A DNA stretch of 52,709 nt from a virus (Duplodnaviria; Caudoviricetes), in IMG/VR virus record IMGVR_UViG_3300044529_000018, positions 1-52,709 of that record; one strand, written 5' to 3'. Each line of letters starts with the position of its first letter. Position 1 is the stretch's first letter. Both the position numbers and the translations under genes were made by a program. This document shows, in pieces, positions 24,590 through 32,744 of the stretch. Below the pieces are notes generated by a model. The model worked only from the letters and a program-made list of their open reading frames with translations, ran no database searches and had not been told where the DNA came from.

Positions 24590-25954
24590 TTACGAGCATG
24601 TTTGGCACGTCACATTTTGTGGACAGCGCAGGAACAGGAACATCCTTGCATAGTCTGGAAACACGGGCTTAAAGGCGTGCTTATACTGTGCAAAATGCCG
24701 TCCGTATTCGTGGAACGGGTCGGCCACGCCCGCGCAGCCGTCCATGCCAAGGAACGCATCATTGCCGGTGACGAACTTCCATTCGCCGTAATAATCCTGT
24801 GCATTCCACTTCATGCCGGGGGCGGTATTGACCGGGCGAAGGACTTCCTCCTCCATGTTCCACTTGGTCAGGATCGTGGCGGCTTCGACCGCGGCGATGT
24901 TCGGGTTGAGATAATCCGGGTTGGGGATGGCGACCTGGCCTTTGCCAAAGCCGGTGTCCACATTGCCGTTCTGCATGATCCACGGGGAAACGCGAACGAG
25001 CGTCCCGGTGCCATCGGTGATTTTCCAGCGCGGAGGCGTCGCGGTGATGACATGCCGGTAGTTTTTCAGCACCCGGCTGGCACCCAGGCGGAGGATGACT
25101 TCGGCGGTGTCACCGAAACCCTCGTAGGAAAAGCGCAAATCCTCGCGCAATTCGGGGTTATTCAGGGCCAGTTGATTGCTGGCGTCGATGCCGATGAGTA
25201 GCGAGAACACAGGACCGGAGCCAAGCGAGCTGATCCAGCCGCCGGAATCTTCCGCCGTGGCGCCGGCGAGGACCAGAGGATGCACCTGCGAATCCAGCAA
25301 GGACTGGTCGAGTCCGCATTGCGGGGTCGTAACGCCGGTCAAATCAATGGACTGACCGGGAGGCTGGGTATTCGTGTTGCCGGCCGTGATGTTAACGGTG
25401 CCATTCGTATTGCCCGTAACCTTCGTGGCGTAGGAGCCGTACACGTTCTGGATGCGGTTGACGATGGAGCGGGTATTGCGCTGTTCGAGGCGCATGAAAT
25501 ACAGGTTCCAGAAGTCCACCGAGTTCCAGTGCAGGGTGAGGTCGGACTGACAGACCAGCGGCCCGCGCAGCCAGAAGGCTTCCGGGTTGTACTGGCGCTC
25601 CTGATAGCCGACGTTGGTATCCGTGAAATTCTTTATGCACGAACCGATGAATGTTGAGCCAGAATTAACAGTGATAGCCGACCAGCTTTCTTCCTCGGTA
25701 GTAGGCTCGGAACGGCCCACTTCAAAGGATGAACGCACCAGACCGGCGCCGATTGGCCATTCCGTGCGGGGGACGAGGTTAAGCCACGGGTCAAGCCATG
25801 TGGCGCGCTTGTAAAGCCGGGGACCGAGATCCTCGACGCGCATACGGAGCACGTCAAACGGGTTGGGACAAGCCGCGACACGCTTGAGCATCCGACGAGG
25901 AGCAAGACAAAGAATCACCAAATAGGCCAGAAAAGCTAAAAATAAAATGTGCAT
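24590..25954 (-). CDS. Major capsid protein (probable)
   Basis: Size, position downstream of the scaffold-like gene, and GC-rich third codon positions; fold not verified. Confidence 0.68.
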   Translation of the reverse strand: MHILFLAFLAYLVILCLAPRRMLKRVAACPNPFDVLRMRVEDLGPRLYKRATWLDPWLNLVPRTEWPIGAGLVRSSFEVGRSEPTTEEESWSAITVNSGSTFIGSCIKNFTDTNVGYQERQYNPEAFWLRGPLVCQSDLTLHWNSVDFWNLYFMRLEQRNTRSIVNRIQNVYGSYATKVTGNTNGTVNITAGNTNTQPPGQSIDLTGVTTPQCGLDQSLLDSQVHPLVLAGATAEDSGGWISSLGSGPVFSLLIGIDASNQLALNNPELREDLRFSYEGFGDTAEVILRLGASRVLKNYRHVITATPPRWKITDGTGTLVRVSPWIMQNGNVDTGFGKGQVAIPNPDYLNPNIAAVEAATILTKWNMEEEVLRPVNTAPGMKWNAQDYYGEWKFVTGNDAFLGMDGCAGVADPFHEYGRHFAQYKHAFKPVFPDYARMFLFLRCPQNVTCQTCS

Positions 25955-26162
25955 ATCAAAAATTGGTTGTTGTTGCGCGGATGAGTGCCACCACTTTGGG
26001 ACACAAATCTGGCGCTATTTACCGAACACACTGAAGAAATGTGCGGCGTGTGAATCCGCGTCGTTTCCGACATTCAGGCCAACTACCGTCTTGGGTGGCG
26101 CTTGTAGTGCGCGACCTGAATACTACGAGGATAAGAAAGCACGGACGGAAGGGTTTGTCAAA

Positions 26163-26375
26163 TCAGGCAGTTAAAACCCAACCGCTGTTTACTGATGCAC
26201 CGGAGGACCAAACAGCTTCCATCCCAACAGGACGAGCAGGATAAAAAGGAGCAGCGTATTTCCCAATGGGCGGAGTCCGCCGGAAGCCGGCCAGTTTGAC
26301 CACAGCCCGAATACGAGCCACAGCAGCATCAAAATCCAGTAAATTAAAGCGAATGACATGATTCAACTCTACCAT
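26163..26375 (-). CDS. Hypothetical protein
   Basis: Co-oriented ORF between the scaffold and capsid genes. Confidence 0.4.
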   Translation of the reverse strand: MVELNHVIRFNLLDFDAAVARIRAVVKLAGFRRTPPIGKYAAPFYPARPVGMEAVWSSGASVNSGWVLTA

Positions 26376-26409
26376 GCCAACAGCAGAAATAAATGGGGTG
26401 TTTTACTGA

Positions 26410-27618
26410 CTATTCCTGTGTCATCGTCGAGGCAATGTCCTTGATCCATCCCGCAGCCTGGCCGCGACCATCAAGGAAGTTGCTCTTTTTGGCCGGAGGC
26501 TGGCCGGCAGGCTTTTCGGCTCCCTCAGGGCCACCACCACCGCTGCTGGAACGGGGTTGCGCGGCTGTCAATCCGGCGACCTGATCTTCCAATGCCTTGA
26601 TTTTGTCCTGTGCCTCATGGTAGCGGGAAACCATTGCCGGAAGCGCGGCGGCATGAAGCGCGGCCCGCATCAACTGCTCGGGCGGTTGCTGGCCGAACAG
26701 AAGGTCTTTGGCGGATTTCAGGCGATCATCGACGCCCTTGTTCCATTCCTCGTCGCCGTCCCGCTTCTGGAAGATGAAAAGGCTGTCCTTGTCCTTGGGA
26801 TTTTGAAGCGTAGAAACGACGGTTGAAAAAGCGGATTCAGCCTTCTGGATGTTTGTCGCACGGGCGGATTCAGCATCCTTCCGCGCCTTTTCCTGACTGG
26901 CGGTGAAGTCGGTTTTGGCCAGTTGGATTTGGTTTTCCTTGTCCATCTCGATTTCCTGCAACTGATTGAGCACTCCGCCGATGCGGGATTGAGCGATGGG
27001 GGACAGTGTGGTGACAATTTCCTCCAACCGGGCCTGACGATACTCGTTGTCGGGCAGCTTGAGCAGGGATGCGATGGCTTCGGCATTGTCGGCACCGACG
27101 ATTTTCTTGGCCATCTCGACCTGGGCGCCGATTTTCTGGTCGTAGTACGTCTTGAAGCGGGGATGATTGGTGATGTCCACCAGCCGCAGGCGTTCGCTCA
27201 GTTCATCCGCCTGCTGTTGCAATTCGACGACGCGGGGATCATCGCCCGTGGCGTTGGGCTTGGGAGCCTTTTCCAGTTCCGCAATGCGTGCGTTGACCTT
27301 GGCCAGTTCCGACTCCTTTTCCTCGATGCGCTTTTTGTTGGCGGCACGAAAGGCATCCCAGTCCTTTGCCGTGCGCGGCATCTTTTCCTCGGGGGCCGGG
27401 GTTGGCGGAGTTGATTGCACTGCCGTCGCTGGCGGCGTGGCTGTTTCCGGCGGCACAACGGCAGGCTTTTCAACCGGAGGCGCGGGGTCGGGCGGGGGCG
27501 GAGTGGCATCGACATTGAGCGCCGGGAGCGCCTTGGTGAATTCTGCCGCGGCGGAGCGCGGGGAATAGTGCTGTCTGGCCGGCGGCGTGGGAGCGGTGGG
27601 CATGGCTATTTCGGGCAT
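26410..27618 (-). CDS. Capsid scaffolding-like protein
   Basis: Pro-rich N-terminus, long coiled coil, located upstream of the capsid gene. Confidence 0.65.
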   Translation of the reverse strand: MPEIAMPTAPTPPARQHYSPRSAAAEFTKALPALNVDATPPPPDPAPPVEKPAVVPPETATPPATAVQSTPPTPAPEEKMPRTAKDWDAFRAANKKRIEEKESELAKVNARIAELEKAPKPNATGDDPRVVELQQQADELSERLRLVDITNHPRFKTYYDQKIGAQVEMAKKIVGADNAEAIASLLKLPDNEYRQARLEEIVTTLSPIAQSRIGGVLNQLQEIEMDKENQIQLAKTDFTASQEKARKDAESARATNIQKAESAFSTVVSTLQNPKDKDSLFIFQKRDGDEEWNKGVDDRLKSAKDLLFGQQPPEQLMRAALHAAALPAMVSRYHEAQDKIKALEDQVAGLTAAQPRSSSGGGGPEGAEKPAGQPPAKKSNFLDGRGQAAGWIKDIASTMTQE

Positions 27619-27620
27619 AA

Positions 27621-27836
27621 TTATCCTTCAGGGTCGGTTGACGGTTTGATTTGGCCTGGAAATTGGGATGTCGGCGGTCGTATGGCGGGCTGTCCGAGTG
27701 CAGGCGATGCGGCACGCTTCCACAGGAAAGGGAACGAGCGCGGATTGCCGAACACCTCGTTATCGTCCGGCGGCGGGGCTTCACCAAGCTGTGCGCCGGT
27801 TATCGGGGTGTTCTTCGGTTTGATTGGCTCAGTCAT
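27621..27836 (-). CDS. Hypothetical Pro-rich protein
   Basis: Coupled to its neighbours. Confidence 0.55.
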   Translation of the reverse strand: MTEPIKPKNTPITGAQLGEAPPPDDNEVFGNPRSFPFLWKRAASPALGQPAIRPPTSQFPGQIKPSTDPEG

Positions 27837-28054
27837 TTCAATATACGACTGGTGGTCGGATAATCATTGTTCGGCACCATTTGGCGCGCCGCACGTTTGA
27901 GTTGCATTTCGTTCCAGCCGCCCTCGCTGTTTGCGAAGCGTTTAGCCCAGCGGATTAGCCGCTCGGCTGATTGCACCTCGCGGACGCGCTTCGTCAGCGC
28001 ATCGTTGCGTTTTCGCAGGCAGGTTATTTGTCGTTTTAGGACGGCTTGGCTCAT
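27833..28054 (-). CDS. Hypothetical protein in a decayed cassette locus
   Basis: Ends ..VPNNDYPT across an attI-like site. Confidence 0.55.
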   Translation of the reverse strand: MSQAVLKRQITCLRKRNDALTKRVREVQSAERLIRWAKRFANSEGGWNEMQLKRAARQMVPNNDYPTTSRILK

Positions 28055-28148
28055 ACGTTCGGCAATTTGATTTCGGGAGAATGCGCCTCGGGCGTCTGGG
28101 TCAATTCGGATGTTGGTTGGTGGCGCATCTGTGAGCTAATCGTTCACG
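27855..28148 (+). mobile_element. Decayed cassette array remnant (attI-like site + two partial attC)
   Basis: GTCGGATAA-TCATTG-TTCGGC at 27855; GGCTTGGCTCA..GTTCGGC at 28043-28063; AGAATGCGCC..GGCGCATCTGTGAGCTAATC-GTTCACG at 28078-28148. Confidence 0.55.
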
Positions 28149-28566
28149 CTCTTTTCCTTCCCTTCGATGAAAACTCCTCGACCAGCTTCGGGTCAACTTC
28201 CTCATTCAGGAATTCCGACTCCAATGCCTCCGGCGTCGGGTTGTGTCCGCCCATCGACTCGAAATCCGCAAGGGCCATGGTATAGCCTTCGCACCGCGCC
28301 TGCTGCAATGCGCGGGCATTCGTATCGCCGGAGGTCATCACCTGAAACGCCGGATGCGAATTATGTAACACCTGCAACATACGCCGCAAAAGTGGTGAAG
28401 TTAAAGCCCCGTGCGCCTGCTCGGTCAACCCCTTGTCCCCGCGCCATTGATCCAAGGTCAATGAACCGAGTTCGGTTTCCACAATCACAACCCTTCGTTG
28501 CGGCGGCGGTGTGGGACTGGCGGCGGACTTTGGCTTTGGCCACAAATTGAACATTGATGTACTCAA
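28144..28566 (-). CDS. Hypothetical protein (head module)
   Basis: ORF whose stop overlaps the attC core. Confidence 0.65.
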   Translation of the reverse strand: MSTSMFNLWPKPKSAASPTPPPQRRVVIVETELGSLTLDQWRGDKGLTEQAHGALTSPLLRRMLQVLHNSHPAFQVMTSGDTNARALQQARCEGYTMALADFESMGGHNPTPEALESEFLNEEVDPKLVEEFSSKGRKRA

Positions 28567-28585
28567 ACCCTATTTTCATAATCTG

Positions 28586-29119
28586 TCAAGCAGTTTTTAC
28601 GCCCTCAATCACGCTGGTCTGAATATACATGGCTTCGACCTGATTGATTATTGCGCCGTGCCTTTCCACTCCCACCAGCTCAGGGTAATTGGATTCGCCA
28701 AGGCAAACCTCATTGGCGGAGAATCCCCGTGCCGTCAGGCACACCAGCATCGCGTCCACCGTCCAGATGGCCACATGGCCCCAGTCCTCGATGATGGACG
28801 CCAGCGACCCTTCAATGGTTGGCGGGCGGTTGGTCCACGGATTGAATTCTTCCAGATACCGCTTGTTGTAGTGCCGGCAGATTCGCACCGGATCGGGAAA
28901 GGCCATCCGCAGGACGCCGCCAACTTTCAGCACCCGCCGGGCCTCAGCAAAGAATTTCCAGCCCTGTTGCGGGGTGACGTGCTCGATGACGTGCTCGGAA
29001 AACATAAAGTCCACCGAATCATCGGCAAATGGGAGTGGCAAGGTGATGTCCGTTTCCATGTCACGGTTATCCCAGCCCTCAAGTTTGTTTGGCCCGCAAC
29101 CCAGTTGAACTTTTTTCAT
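28586..29119 (-). CDS. SAM-dependent methyltransferase (type 11-like)
   Basis: QLGCG, LPFADDSVD..SEHVIEH and RRVLKVGGVLR motifs. Confidence 0.88.
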   Translation of the reverse strand: MKKVQLGCGPNKLEGWDNRDMETDITLPLPFADDSVDFMFSEHVIEHVTPQQGWKFFAEARRVLKVGGVLRMAFPDPVRICRHYNKRYLEEFNPWTNRPPTIEGSLASIIEDWGHVAIWTVDAMLVCLTARGFSANEVCLGESNYPELVGVERHGAIINQVEAMYIQTSVIEGVKTA

Positions 29120-30420
29120 AACCAGCCTTTCGGAATCTTCACCCTTTCGCCCCGGTTGTAAAGCGCATTATCACGCTGGATGATGCAGTTGGCGTCCAGA
29201 TCGCAGACTTCCTGAATCAGGTTTTTGCCCAATCCGCAGGCAATGGCCATCGGACAGCTCTGGTTTCCGATGAACAGCCGCCCGCCGGCAATGACGCGAG
29301 CCACGTCCAGCAACGTCGGGGTTTCGATGCGTGGAACGAAACCAAACTCGCACACGAATTGTTCATGCTCCTTCGCGGTGCCCACAAAAATCATTTCCTC
29401 ACCGTGACGCTGTACCAGTTCACCCCATTGAAAGCGGTCAGTCCGGTATCGTTCCGACCGGGAAATGACAATCGGCCGGCCCGGAACCTGAACCGGGAAG
29501 TCCACCGTCAGCCACGGCTTGTTCGTCGGACAATCAGTCTTGCACGCCCGCAGTTGCATGTTGAACAGGCTTTCGTCCTTGGCCTTGTTACCATTGACGA
29601 AATACTCACGGAAGCTGTTCATGTCGTAATCCGCATGGCTCAAACCATGATCGGTAAACGAGGCATTCCAGATATAGTCCTGCTTTTGGATGAATCCCAG
29701 GATGTTGCGCGTGCTTTCGATGGTCGGCTTGATTCGGGTTTCCCATTGGCTCGGGGCGATGTAGAACACCCCGCCGCCCAGCGCCTTGACCGCCGCCAGC
29801 CCGTAGATGATGTCCCCGGCGTCCCCTGAATGCTTGAACACCAGCGGACGGTCGGACTTGGCCGGCAGCTTGGTCAGGAACGAATGGAATCCAAACTGGC
29901 CCGTGTATCGCCCGTTTTCTATGGAAAATGCGGATGCGACTTCCGGCGGAGCGAACTTCATGCCGTACTCGGTTTCCAGTGTCAGCCGCCAGTCACGGCA
30001 AATCTTCTCGTCCTCCGGGTAAAACGGTCCTTCAAATCTTTCATCCTGCAATGCTTCCAGCAGCCGACGTGAGCGCAGGGAAAACCCGCCATTGCCAACA
30101 ATCCCATCCGTCCAGATGGCGCCAATGTAATCGTAATCCAGCCATTCGTTTTGCCATGCCTCATCGTTCAGGACATACCCATCCCATTGCGCAATCAGGA
30201 CATGCGTGGTTTGGACGTGCGTGGTTTGGACGTGCGCCAGCAGTTCCTTGATGATGAAGCGGGAGTAGTTTTCCAGCGATACAATCCGTTCCTTGGTTAT
30301 CAGGCAGACAGCGGGGAATCTTGCGTTGGCCGTCGATATTTTGACCGCACGCTTCGCCAATGCGGGTTTTCGGTCATCAATGACGGCAAGGGTGACATTT
30401 GCGATCCGCCGTTTCCATCG
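29116..30420 (-). CDS. DUF5672-like glycosyltransferase domain + GT9-like domain; probably reached by frameshift from the upstream ORF
   Basis: QWDGYV..DYDYIGA..VGNGGFSLRS..EDE..FGFH; then HSGDAGDII..FIGNQS; no ATG start, but the frame is open back to the T9 tract. Confidence 0.7.
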   Translation of the reverse strand, partial: RWKRRIANVTLAVIDDRKPALAKRAVKISTANARFPAVCLITKERIVSLENYSRFIIKELLAHVQTTHVQTTHVLIAQWDGYVLNDEAWQNEWLDYDYIGAIWTDGIVGNGGFSLRSRRLLEALQDERFEGPFYPEDEKICRDWRLTLETEYGMKFAPPEVASAFSIENGRYTGQFGFHSFLTKLPAKSDRPLVFKHSGDAGDIIYGLAAVKALGGGVFYIAPSQWETRIKPTIESTRNILGFIQKQDYIWNASFTDHGLSHADYDMNSFREYFVNGNKAKDESLFNMQLRACKTDCPTNKPWLTVDFPVQVPGRPIVISRSERYRTDRFQWGELVQRHGEEMIFVGTAKEHEQFVCEFGFVPRIETPTLLDVARVIAGGRLFIGNQSCPMAIACGLGKNLIQEVCDLDANCIIQRDNALYNRGERVKIPKGWL

Positions 30421-31433
30421 AAAAAAAAACTCTTTTTGTTCGGAGGGGTGTAAACATCCACCATCCGCTTTTGCAGGTCATCATGCGGAATCTCAATCCA
30501 CGCCGACGCCAGATCATTTATCCCCATCGTCACCAGCCACTTTTCATCCTTCAGCCGGCTACCGCACGGGAACACCACCAGCGGCTTGCTTTTGAACCAG
30601 ATGTCCTGTGGAGAACCAGCCAACAGCGGGTCAGGCGTGTAGCGCGTGATTCGGAATGGCGGCTGGGATTCAAACGCATACGCCCCCATGTAATACCGCC
30701 GATGGTAGGTGGCATCCGGTAGCGAGGAATGGAAGAAGGAAACATATTCGTCACCATCCTTGGTCAGGACCGGCGGGGTGCCGCCCCGGATGGTGCCATA
30801 CTTCCAGTCCAGCGGCTTGTCAGTCGGCGTCTTGTATTCGTGTTCAAACACCCCGGCGGGCGAGAACCGGCAGACAATGTGCGGGTCAGTGGAGTAAACC
30901 ATGTGCAACTGGTCTTGATGAAAGAACCAGAGCCAGTTTTTCTCCGCCCCGATGTCCTTGCCGATGGTGTTTCCGTTGTTGCCGTAGACCGGGTCGATGC
31001 GCTCGTTGGAAATCCAGGTGTTGCGACTCTCCATCCGGCCAATGACGTTCAAAACCTGATGCGCGCCGGTCCAGCCGCGACCACTGTTGATGACGACGAA
31101 ATTGCAGGCGGAAATGTAGGTGACGCCCTTGTGGAAAATCGCACGCGGATCTTCAGAGTGTTCCCGGTCGAAGAAATGGTGAAACTTGGTCTGCACCGCA
31201 TGGACGGGATTCAGGTTCGCATCCAGCAGGAAGCACATGATGTCGTTGAACCCGATTTTGACGCCCTTTTCATTCCGGCTACGTCGGGTGACCAGCCAAA
31301 GACCGTCCGGCCGCTCGGCCAGACCGCAGTTGAAATAGCACACGGTCGGGGATTGCAGCTTGCCGAAGTTGAAGAAACGGCAGGGCCATGCGGTTTGCTG
31401 TGTGATGGATGGATAAACGCGGGTATCGCTCAT
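30300..31433 (-). CDS. Five-bladed beta-propeller glycosidase/phosphorylase-like protein (GH130-like)
   Basis: FNCGL, EDPR, EKNW, RGGTPP, YYMGAY and VVFPCG motifs. Confidence 0.75.
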   Translation of the reverse strand: MSDTRVYPSITQQTAWPCRFFNFGKLQSPTVCYFNCGLAERPDGLWLVTRRSRNEKGVKIGFNDIMCFLLDANLNPVHAVQTKFHHFFDREHSEDPRAIFHKGVTYISACNFVVINSGRGWTGAHQVLNVIGRMESRNTWISNERIDPVYGNNGNTIGKDIGAEKNWLWFFHQDQLHMVYSTDPHIVCRFSPAGVFEHEYKTPTDKPLDWKYGTIRGGTPPVLTKDGDEYVSFFHSSLPDATYHRRYYMGAYAFESQPPFRITRYTPDPLLAGSPQDIWFKSKPLVVFPCGSRLKDEKWLVTMGINDLASAWIEIPHDDLQKRMVDVYTPPNKKSFFFDGNGGSQMSPLPSLMTENPHWRSVRSKYRRPTQDSPLSA

Positions 31434-31450
31434 TTCAGAATCTCATGTGT

Positions 31451-31472
31451 TTTGCATAATGCGTTGTTAGAC
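31451..31472 (+). other. attI-like site
   Basis: TTTGCATAA-TGCGTTG-TTAGAC, with TAA-N7-TT spacing. Confidence 0.55.
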
Positions 31473-31505
31473 AGCCGGGCGCATCCAGGTTGCAATCGTG
31501 AGCCT

Positions 31506-31793
31506 TCATGCGCCGCCTGCATCAGCTTTTTCGTTGGGCAGTAGTTCACTGATACCGTTTATGATTGCAAACCGCGTCAGAACTGCCACGGATGGGTTCC
31601 CTATCTTGAGGCGTGCATTCATGCTGTGGTGTTCCACGGTTTTCGCTGACAGCTTCAGCTCGATGGCGATTTCTTTGACGGTCGCTCCCTCAGAGAGTCG
31701 CTTGACTACTTGCCTTTCGCGCTCCGTCAGGAATGCCGAACCAAGCGGTCGAGCAGATGGGAGGTTCGGGTTTTCGTGAGTTGTCTTTGGCAT
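31506..31793 (-). CDS. LuxR-type HTH regulator (cassette-borne)
   Basis: LTERERQVVKRLSEGATVKEIAIELKLSAKTVEHH; starts in attC 17 and ends in an attC remnant. Confidence 0.88.
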   Translation of the reverse strand: MPKTTHENPNLPSARPLGSAFLTERERQVVKRLSEGATVKEIAIELKLSAKTVEHHSMNARLKIGNPSVAVLTRFAIINGISELLPNEKADAGGA

Positions 31794-31837
31794 AGGGTTG
31801 CTTGGGTTAATCGCCGCTGCTCACCTTGGCGTTACGG
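31735..31837 (+). repeat. attC-like site 17
   Basis: GCCGAAC-CAAGC-GGTCGAGCAG ... CTGCTCACC-TTGGC-GTTACGG; canonical extra C at position 4 of L''. Confidence 0.88.
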
Positions 31838-32134
31838 CGGCAATATCAGCGGGTTCCCATCAATACCATGCAAAGGCTTCCCACCATTGCCGGAACGGAC
31901 GCCGGCACGTTTCCCGCGCTCGATTTCCTCACGCACACGCTGGGCGCGGGTGAACAGGCAGTTTATCTGACGTTCGGTGCTTGAGCCTCGCTCGATGACC
32001 CCGGCGCAAAAGAATCCCGCCGACAGGAACAGGTCGATCATCCACAAGGCTTCCTCTTGAGGGTTGGTCGATGTTTTGATGCGCTCCTGAACCTCGGCGC
32101 TCAGACGGCCTTCAAAGTTTTGTCGTGATTTCAT
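31832..32134 (-). CDS. Hypothetical protein
   Basis: Its stop codon lies in the attC core. Confidence 0.6.
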   Translation of the reverse strand: MKSRQNFEGRLSAEVQERIKTSTNPQEEALWMIDLFLSAGFFCAGVIERGSSTERQINCLFTRAQRVREEIERGKRAGVRSGNGGKPLHGIDGNPLILPP

Positions 32135-32744
32135 AATTCAATCTCTGGCACAACACTCCACCGTCGATGATGAACAGCTTTTGAAAACCCATCCCCGGCA
32201 GCATGGACGAGGCTTTCTTCGCCCATTCGATGTCGTCAAAGTACAGGAAGCCACCTACCCGCACGTTTGTCGCGTAGTGCGTCACGTCGTACACTGATGC
32301 AGGTTCCCCATGGTTTCCGTCAATGTGCAGCAGGTCGATCATGCCGTGCTTTTCAACGACTTCGACGTGATTGAATTCATCGCTTCGGCAGCGGTGGATT
32401 TCCGCGAATGGCCCGACGCCGCGCGCGGCAATCCAGTTGTTCAAATCCCCAAACACCCGTTCATGGTCAACCTTGGCCCACCATTCAAACGAATCCCCGG
32501 TCTGCCCCTCCGCTGAAGCATCCTGGCGCCACGGGTCGATGCCGATGATTTTACCGTGCCCAACCGCCTTCAAAGCCATGGCCATCGGCATGAGCGAGCG
32601 GCCTGCCCAGACTCCGATTTCAATGACCAGCGCCGGACGCATACCGATAATCAGACCGGCCAGCGTGTTCGCCTTTTCAAGCGTACACCAGCCATCCTTG
32701 TGAATGGCCAAATCCGCCTCGATGTCAGCAAATAGTTGTTTCAT
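32112..32744 (-). CDS. SAM-dependent methyltransferase (Methyltransf_24-like)
   Basis: IEIGVWAGRS, GIDPW, IDLLHIDGNH and FDD motifs. Confidence 0.88.
   Translation of the reverse strand: MKQLFADIEADLAIHKDGWCTLEKANTLAGLIIGMRPALVIEIGVWAGRSLMPMAMALKAVGHGKIIGIDPWRQDASAEGQTGDSFEWWAKVDHERVFGDLNNWIAARGVGPFAEIHRCRSDEFNHVEVVEKHGMIDLLHIDGNHGEPASVYDVTHYATNVRVGGFLYFDDIEWAKKASSMLPGMGFQKLFIIDGGVLCQRLNYEITTKL

Noticed and set aside
27744-27766. GCCGAAC-ACCTCG-TTATCG as another attI-like site, inverted relative to GTTCGGCAAT at 28057
   Set aside because: It lies inside an ORF, is opposite in orientation to the local cassette remnants and has no adjacent attC; may be chance.
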